Positions 57,758-64,000 of a DNA stretch of 64,000 nucleotides are shown here, piece by piece (position 1 is the first letter of the stretch; each line of letters starts with the position of its first letter). Location of the stretch: NCBI GenBank assembly GCA_965198265.1, contig CBDAPB010000036.1:291435-355434 (forward strand), given 5' to 3'. The translations under genes and the position numbers were made by a program. The stretch comes from Terriglobia bacterium. Its GTDB lineage: Bacteria > Acidobacteriota > Terriglobia > 20CM-2-55-15. The notes beneath the pieces are model-generated. The model was not told the DNA's origin and did no database searches. It saw nothing but the letters and a program-made list of their open reading frames with translations.

Positions 57758-59701
57758 CTACAGGTTTCGCCTTGGACCCAGAATCTGGAGTGGAGAGGGT
57801 TCGGGGGGCGCTGTCGCCTTGTCTTCCTCCTCAGCATCCCCATCCGTCTCACCTGGATTCACGAAGCGGTTTGCTTCCAGACCGGCCTGCCGGGTGTAGA
57901 GGTCGAAGTACCGCCCCTGGGCGGCGAGCAACTGTTCGTGACTGCCCCGTTCGACGACCTCGCCGTCTTCCAGGACGAGTATTTGATGGGCGCTCCGGAT
58001 CGTGCTCAACCGGTGAGCGATGACGAAAGTAGTCCTTCCCTTCATCAGTGCCGCCAGGCCCTGCTGGATACATGCCTCACTCTCGGTGTCGAGACTCGAC
58101 GTGGCCTCGTCCAGGATAAGGATTCGGGGATCGGCCAGGATCGCCCGGGCGATCGCGACCCGCTGGCGCTAGCCTCCCGACAGTTTCACGCCACGCTCCC
58201 CGATGATCGTGTCGTACCGCTCTTCCATTCGTAAGGCAAACTCGTCCACTCTGGCGATGGCCGCGGCCTGTTCAACGTCCCCCGCACTCGCGTCCGGCCT
58301 GCCGAAAAGGATGTTCTCCCGAATCGAGCCGTCGAAGAGGAAATTGTCCTGCAGGACGACGCCGAGCTGCGCGCGGTATGAATCCAGAAGAACCGTGGAC
58401 AAGTCGATGCCGTCGACGTAGACAGTGCCGGATGTCGGCTTGGCAAATGCGGAAACGAGCCCGATGAGCGTGCTCTTGCCGGAGCCGGACGGGCCTACCA
58501 GGGCCGTTACCGTGTCCGGCCTGGCCTCGAGGCTGATTCCATGGAGGACGGGCTTGTCGGCGTCGTATTCGAACGTGACCTCGTCGAACACGACGTGACC
58601 CTGGGTTCGGTCCACCGCCCGCACGCGATCCGGATCGACGTCTTCGGGCGTCTCTGCCAGCACTTCCCGGACCCGGTCCAGGCCGGCCACCGCTTCGGTC
58701 AGCTGGCTGCCAATCGAGACGACCTGGATGACGGGAGCGACCATGAAACCCATGTACAGCGTGTAGGCGAAGAAGTCGCCGATCGTCATCGCACCGGACA
58801 TGATCAGGCGGCCGCCCACGATCATGACCGTCACCGTGACGATGCCCATAAGCAACGTTGAGGCGAAGGTCACCGCGGCGGTCGCCGTGAGGGTCTTTCT
58901 GACGTTCTCGAAAAGCCGGAGAGCACCTTCTGCGAAGGTCTCGGCCTCGCGTTCCTCGGCGTGGAAGCCCTTCACGACCCGGATGCCGCCAAACGATTCC
59001 GTTAGCCGCCCCGTTACCTCCGCCCGGATCTTTCCACGTTCTCGGAACACCGGTCGTATCGTCCCGAACGCTTTCTTGAGAATCAAGGCGAAGACAGCCA
59101 GGAACCCCAGCGCCAGCAGCGTCAGGGTGACGTTGATCGTCAGGAGAAGGATGAAGGCAAGGACGGCTGTGATCAGGCCGCCGATGAACTGGACCAGCCC
59201 GGTTCCGATCAGGTTGCGGACACCCTCGACATCGGACATGACCCGTGTGACGAGCGCCCCCGCCTTGTTGTCGTCGAAGTACCGGATCGGGAGCCTGCCC
59301 ACGTGTTTCTGGATTTTAATGCGCATGTCCGCGATCAATCGTTGGGCCGAGGTGCTGAGCAGGATCGTCAGAGCGAAAGCGGTGACAGCCTGAATCGCAA
59401 CGGCCAGCCCCACCACCAGCACCAGCGGGGTCAGCATGGCGGTGTTGTTGGGCAAGACGACGTCGTCGATCAGGAACTTCATCGAGCCCGGCAGGACGAG
59501 CCCTGCAAGGCGGTTGATGATGACGAGGCCGAGGCCGAAGCCCAGCATGGCTCGTCGTGGCCATATCAGGTCTCGAAATTCCCCCATTGCCCTTGCCGGC
59601 GGGACCGATCTCCGTTTTATGTCGCTGTCGGAATTACTGTTATCGCCCGATCTTCTACTCAAAGTACCTCCGTGATCAGTAGATTTTCCATCGTAACCCA
59701 T
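57758..59701 (-). pseudogene. ABCB/MsbA-type ABC exporter (TMD-NBD fusion), one reading frame broken by a single in-frame TAG
   Basis: ORFs 58169..59701 and 57758..58045 lie in the same frame. Reading through gives ..GERGVKLSGG-TAG(58171-58169)[57 protein letters not shown]... Walker A is GPSGSGKST. Confidence 0.85.
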
Positions 59702-59904
59702 ACCGGATCGGATTTGGGGTCGATGAAGCTTCCATCATGTCTAAAGGCGTGGTATAAACCGATGCTTTGAGTTTGGTTGGAACGCGAGCAGACTGGAGAG
59801 GAGCCGGATAGCCCCGACGTCGTGGCGGTCAACTCCGTGGACTTCCCACACGCCGCATGTTCTAATTAAAGACAGATTTCTTGACAGAGGACTCGGAGGT
59901 GTCT

Positions 59905-60846
59905 ATGTACGCAACCCTGCTGCTGCTTGTGTTCCTGCCTATACAGCAGGCCGACCCAGAGGAAGCCTATCGTCGCGACTACGCGGAGTACAACCAGATT
60001 TTTGCCATGACGGATCCAGCCGCCCAGGCCGAGCGTTTTCTTGCCTTCATCGACAAGGGGTACGATAAAAGGCTGGAGGGTTCGATTCTCTCCGGGCTTC
60101 GGGCTGACATGGAAGCGCTGACCCAGGCCGGGAATTACAACGCCGTTTTCGATGTGGCAGACAAGTGGGCCGCCCGCGGTGGAGGTTTGGATCCGATCGC
60201 ACTTGGCTGGAACGCCGGCGCCGTTGCCGGCAACAACCAGGCCACGGTCAAGTACGGAGAGCAGCTTTACTCGGCCCAGGCCATCCCGCAGGTTGCGCTG
60301 AGCCTGGCGAATGCCTACATGGCGATGGGGAATGACGCAAAGCTGAGGGAGTACGGCGAGATCGTCATCGACAGCCAGCCGATCGCGGAAACCTGGAGCA
60401 TCGCCTACGCGCTGGTTGGCCAGCACGAGTCTGCCGGGCGGTTCAACCAGGCCTCGCAGATGGCGCGAAAGATCCAGACTGACCTGACATCCGCACCCGA
60501 GGGCGTTTCCGGGGCCGAGTGGACGCAGATTCGGACGTACCTGCAGGAAACCGTCGGACGCTCCTCCTATGAAGCAGGCCGGTACGGGGCGGCGATTCAG
60601 CAGTTCAACGCCGTGCTGCGTTTCAACAGTCGGAACGACAAGGCATACTACTACATCGGCGAGAGCCTTCTGAAGACCAATGAGATCGCCCCGGCGATGA
60701 ACAGCTTTGCCAAGTCCTACCTGCTGAATGGTGGTTATTCGGCCCGTTCCAGAGGCATGCTGGAGACGATCTACAGGGCCAATCACGGCGGCAACCTGAT
60801 CGGCCTGGAAGACATCATCAACACGGCGCGGCGCGAGTTGAACTAG
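59905..60846 (+). CDS. Hypothetical secreted TPR-like protein
   Basis: GGAGG lies 5 nt upstream of ATG 59905 (MYATLLLLVFLPIQQA). The C-terminus has a TPR-like AGRYGAAIQQFNAVLRFNSRNDKAYYYIGESLLKTNEIAPAMNSFAKSYLLNG. The opposite-strand ORF is Arg/Gly/Pro-rich noise. Confidence 0.65.
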   Translation: MYATLLLLVFLPIQQADPEEAYRRDYAEYNQIFAMTDPAAQAERFLAFIDKGYDKRLEGSILSGLRADMEALTQAGNYNAVFDVADKWAARGGGLDPIALGWNAGAVAGNNQATVKYGEQLYSAQAIPQVALSLANAYMAMGNDAKLREYGEIVIDSQPIAETWSIAYALVGQHESAGRFNQASQMARKIQTDLTSAPEGVSGAEWTQIRTYLQETVGRSSYEAGRYGAAIQQFNAVLRFNSRNDKAYYYIGESLLKTNEIAPAMNSFAKSYLLNGGYSARSRGMLETIYRANHGGNLIGLEDIINTARRELN

Positions 60847-60861
60847 CACTCAGGATCGGAA

Positions 60862-60887
60862 GGGGCTCAGCCAATGTGCTGAGCCCC
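60862..60887. terminator. GC hairpin between convergent genes (possible terminator, no U-tract)
   Basis: GGGGCTCAGC CAATGT GCTGAGCCCC. Confidence 0.4.
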
Positions 60888-60897
60888 GTGCTCCTCC

Positions 60898-62442
60898 TCA
60901 GTTTCCTCCCGTCTCTCCTTCGGCCTGAGAAATCTCTTCGAGCTGATCGAACTCGCCGGTAGCCCCGTGGCCGCCCACGATTGTCCTGATGTCGAGTTCG
61001 AGGTTGCCGATCCCTTCGAAAAGACTCGACGAATCCGGGCTCGCGGCGGCCTGACCCGGTGTGTACAGATCGCTTTCGAACAGGATTCGCTCCCGTGGCA
61101 GGTACGCGACGACCATGGGGGCGACATGCGGAGTGTCCTCCAGCGCGAACAGCTGGAGGGTTTGGTTTCCGTCAGTCAGCTCGTACTGGCCGTCGAAAGT
61201 CTCGATCGAACCCACGTCCGCGCTCGCTCCCATCGACGTGTTCACCATCGCATGGAGTTCATCGGGTGAGTATCCATGACGGGCCTCGATCAAGTTTCGG
61301 ATGGCCTCCTCGTGCCGCTGCTCGACGATGACCTTCGCGCCCATGGCGACCATCCTGCGAAGTCCGCCGACATGGTCCGAGTGCGGGTGGGTCACGATGA
61401 CGTATTCGATGGGTTTCAGGGGCGGGAGTTCCTCGTAGACAACGTCGCTCAAGCGCTTACTCTGAGCGCCGGTCCCGGGAGCCTCGACGACGACCAGGTA
61501 GTTCGGGAACTCCACGACCAGGCTATTGTGAGAGAAGCCGACTGCCTGGTACACCCCCCGCGCCAGGCGGTTCATCTCCATGGGAACGAACTCACCGGCG
61601 GCGGCGTTTTCCGCTCCTTCTACTGCCTCTTCGGGAATGGTGAAGACTTCCTCGTCCAGGCTCCCGTTGATGGTGATGGAGTCGTATTGCATGCTCGAAA
61701 ACGCGACTCCGTCCTTGGTGATCGTCACCTGATGGGGAACCATCAGACCGCCGACGTCACGATAGTCTCCGACCGTATACCGAACGGGCACGTCCCCCAG
61801 GTGCGGATCGGTCTCCATCAACTCGAATCCGAGGAACACGTTGGTTTCCGGCTCGAAAAACAACCGCGTGGCCTGACCCTCGAAATCGATCTCGACGCGA
61901 CGCGCAGGCGTTCCGTCGAAATCGTTGAGCATCGCAACCCGGGTCGTGGTCGAGACCGCCTCGGACGCGGCGAACATCAGGCCCAAGACTTCGCGGTTCA
62001 AGGCCATGTTCGGCGAGTCGAAGGCCGAATAGCCGAGCAAGGCGTTCGGCGACACGGCGGTACCCCGGTCACCGACCATGGTGTAACCCACCGGCATCGC
62101 GTTTGAACCGCGCCCATGTTTCGTCAGCGTCTCGCGGCGATGCTGCCGGAACGAGCCGAACGCCATGTCATACTCGAACGCGGCCCGTCCTCCGAGGAAA
62201 TCGAGTGATTCGGTGAGGTTGGTCAGTTCTGCGGCTCTCGGCGCATCGCCCGCCGTTCGTTCCTGTCCGAAAATCGTGCGGGTGCCACTACCGGTACGGA
62301 CCATAGTCTCGATACCCTGCAGGCTCTCTAGGCCGCCCATGGCGGTGACGGCGCTGTCAACCACGTCCCGGTACCCGGGATCGTTCACGCACCCGGCCAG
62401 CAGGATAACCGCGAGGACCGGGACGAAAGATCGAATGGACAT
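60898..62442 (-). CDS. MBL-fold metallo-hydrolase lipoprotein with large N-terminal domain
   Basis: 514 aa with the lipobox LAVILLAGC and HPHSDHVGG (HxHxDH) in the C-terminal half. Confidence 0.75.
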   Translation of the reverse strand: MSIRSFVPVLAVILLAGCVNDPGYRDVVDSAVTAMGGLESLQGIETMVRTGSGTRTIFGQERTAGDAPRAAELTNLTESLDFLGGRAAFEYDMAFGSFRQHRRETLTKHGRGSNAMPVGYTMVGDRGTAVSPNALLGYSAFDSPNMALNREVLGLMFAASEAVSTTTRVAMLNDFDGTPARRVEIDFEGQATRLFFEPETNVFLGFELMETDPHLGDVPVRYTVGDYRDVGGLMVPHQVTITKDGVAFSSMQYDSITINGSLDEEVFTIPEEAVEGAENAAAGEFVPMEMNRLARGVYQAVGFSHNSLVVEFPNYLVVVEAPGTGAQSKRLSDVVYEELPPLKPIEYVIVTHPHSDHVGGLRRMVAMGAKVIVEQRHEEAIRNLIEARHGYSPDELHAMVNTSMGASADVGSIETFDGQYELTDGNQTLQLFALEDTPHVAPMVVAYLPRERILFESDLYTPGQAAASPDSSSLFEGIGNLELDIRTIVGGHGATGEFDQLEEISQAEGETGGN

Positions 62443-62668
62443 AAACCCCCTCCTTACTTTCCAACGATCGAAAAATCAACGTATCTGTTACTTACCTGTA
62501 CGGATAGCTACGCCAATTGTATTGCTCCTTAGCACGGAGTCAAGTGAAGAAGGATGAAACAGGGCGGGCCCGGTTCCCAGGTATGAGACAATCTACGTTT
62601 TCGATTCGACGGCTCCTAGAGAGCCAGCGCGAGGCAAGAAACTCGATACACAGGAGATACCCCGTCCC

Positions 62669-64000
62669 ATGAACGGTCATTTCAAAGTGCCAGACCCAGT
62701 CAACGAACCCGTGTTGTCATACGCCCCGGACACGCCCGAGAAGTCTGCCCTGAAAAAGAAGATTTCCGAGATGGCGTCGGGGGAGATCGAGATTCCGATC
62801 TTGATCGGCGGAAAGGAGGTTCGAACCGGAGACCTCGGGACACAGGTCGTCCCTCACAACCACGGACATGTCCTTGCCAAATGGCACAAAGCTGGTCAGG
62901 CGGAGGTGGAGCAAGCGGTCGCAGCCGCCGCTCGGGCACACAAGGAGTGGGCGGCGTGGAGTCTCGACGCCCGTGCCGCCGTGTTCTTGAGGGCCGCCGA
63001 GCTGCTGGCCGGATCGTGGCGGCAGACGCTCAACGCCGCGACGGTATTGTGCCAGAGCAAGACCGCTTTCCAGGCGGAGATCGATGCGGCCTGCGAGTTG
63101 ATCGACTTCTGGCGGTTCAACGCCCGCTACGCGGAAGCGATCTACGGCGACCAGCCGCTTTCAGGCCCCGGGATGTGGAATCGGCTCGACTACCGGCCGC
63201 TGGAAGGTTTCGTATTTGCCGTGACGCCGTTCAACTTCACGTCGATAGCCGGCAATCTCCCGACCGCGCCGGCGATCATGGGAAATACCGTCGTGTGGAA
63301 GTGTGCCAGCTCGACTGTCTACAGCGGCTACTACCTGGCCAAGCTCTTCGAAGCGGCCGGGCTGCCGCCGGGCGTGATCAACTTCGTTCCAGGGAGCGGG
63401 GCCGCGGTCGGCGGGCCGGCGATGGCGCACCCGGATCTGGCCGGCATCCACTTCACCGGTTCAACGGAGGTCTTCCAGGGGATGTGGCGTACGGTAGGAG
63501 AGAACATCAAGCAGTATCGTTCCTACCCTCGAATCGTCGGCGAGACAGGCGGGAAGGATTTCATCGTCGTCCATCCCAGCGCAAACGTCGATGCGGTTAC
63601 GACGGCCATCATCCGCGCCGGCTATGAGTATCAAGGGCAGAAATGCAGCGCCGCCTCGAGGATTTACATTCCGGACAACCTCTGGAAGGTCATGAAGGAC
63701 GACCTCATCGATCAGATCGACGGCATCGCGATGGGCGACCCGGCGGATTTCCGCAACTTCATGGGCGCGGTGATCGACCGTGAGGCGTTCGACAAGCAGT
63801 CCGGCTACCTCGATTTCGTGAGCTCGTCGGACGATGCCGAGATTCTGGCCGGCGGGCAAGCCGACGATACGGGCGGTTACTTCATCCGTCCAACCCTGAT
63901 TCAAGCATCTCAGCCGGATTTCAGGACGATGTGTGAAGAGATTTTCGGGCCCATCGTGACCCTCTACGTCTACCCCGAGAACGAGTGGCAGCAGACTCTG
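62669..64000 (+). CDS. pruA: L-glutamate gamma-semialdehyde (1-pyrroline-5-carboxylate) dehydrogenase (partial; runs off the window end)
   Basis: Absent from the ORF track because the ORF is open-ended. ATG 62669 gives MNGHFKVPDPVNEPVLSYAPDTPEKSALKKKI... It has ALDH motifs VGETGGKDF (catalytic Glu) and YEYQGQKCSAASR (catalytic Cys). Confidence 0.85.
   Translation, partial: MNGHFKVPDPVNEPVLSYAPDTPEKSALKKKISEMASGEIEIPILIGGKEVRTGDLGTQVVPHNHGHVLAKWHKAGQAEVEQAVAAAARAHKEWAAWSLDARAAVFLRAAELLAGSWRQTLNAATVLCQSKTAFQAEIDAACELIDFWRFNARYAEAIYGDQPLSGPGMWNRLDYRPLEGFVFAVTPFNFTSIAGNLPTAPAIMGNTVVWKCASSTVYSGYYLAKLFEAAGLPPGVINFVPGSGAAVGGPAMAHPDLAGIHFTGSTEVFQGMWRTVGENIKQYRSYPRIVGETGGKDFIVVHPSANVDAVTTAIIRAGYEYQGQKCSAASRIYIPDNLWKVMKDDLIDQIDGIAMGDPADFRNFMGAVIDREAFDKQSGYLDFVSSSDDAEILAGGQADDTGGYFIRPTLIQASQPDFRTMCEEIFGPIVTLYVYPENEWQQTL

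Overview
GC-rich bacterial chromosomal segment. The taxon cannot be fixed without a database search; the gene content and the TPR/Ser-Thr-kinase style look Acidobacteriota-like, but that is only a guess. About 75 % of the window is ordinary housekeeping DNA. This includes korAB, a copper P-type ATPase, a di-haem cytochrome c peroxidase, acnA, an MbfA-like ferritin/VIT1 protein, hisS-aspS, mutL and an HU protein. It also includes the conserved block rho-engB-lon-clpX-clpP-tig-tRNA-Leu, plus peptidase, arylsulfotransferase and ABC genes, and it ends inside pruA.

The clearly accessory part lies beside tRNA-Leu (about 34.3-49.7 kb). It holds a decayed tyrosine-integrase remnant, a PilZ protein and an RRM RNA-binding protein. 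Two diverged, inverted IS1182-family copies, one abutted by an IS1380-family element, bracket a roughly 9-kb cargo. The cargo is gpx, a DUF885 protein, a zinc-ribbon ORF, a membrane protein, a Ser/Thr kinase, a TPR membrane protein and a GAF/sigma-54 activator.

I found no CRISPR array, no rRNA, and no recognisable defence, toxin-antitoxin, retron or DGR system. I cannot point to a convincing new multi-gene system.

The observations most worth a second look are:
- Two otherwise intact genes are each interrupted by one in-frame TAG at a structurally diagnostic position: the Gln of LSGGQ in an ABC exporter, and the CPxC knuckle of a zinc ribbon.
- An uncharacterised 3-TM module (WHW..E.L.PGTS..WR.FG) recurs three times around the kinase.
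- The kinase has a strong Shine-Dalgarno sequence but no canonical start codon.
- The intergenic DNA is unusually rich in repeats: textbook REPIN doublets with a compensatory stem change, a 140-190-bp MITE-like family, a GGGGACAGGGGC hairpin family, a 275-bp element with 30-nt terminal inverted repeats, and tandem heptamer arrays that close all six reading frames and supply the stop codons of three genes.

All coordinates and translations were derived by hand from the sequence and the ORF track. No similarity search was run, so family names rest on motif recognition.
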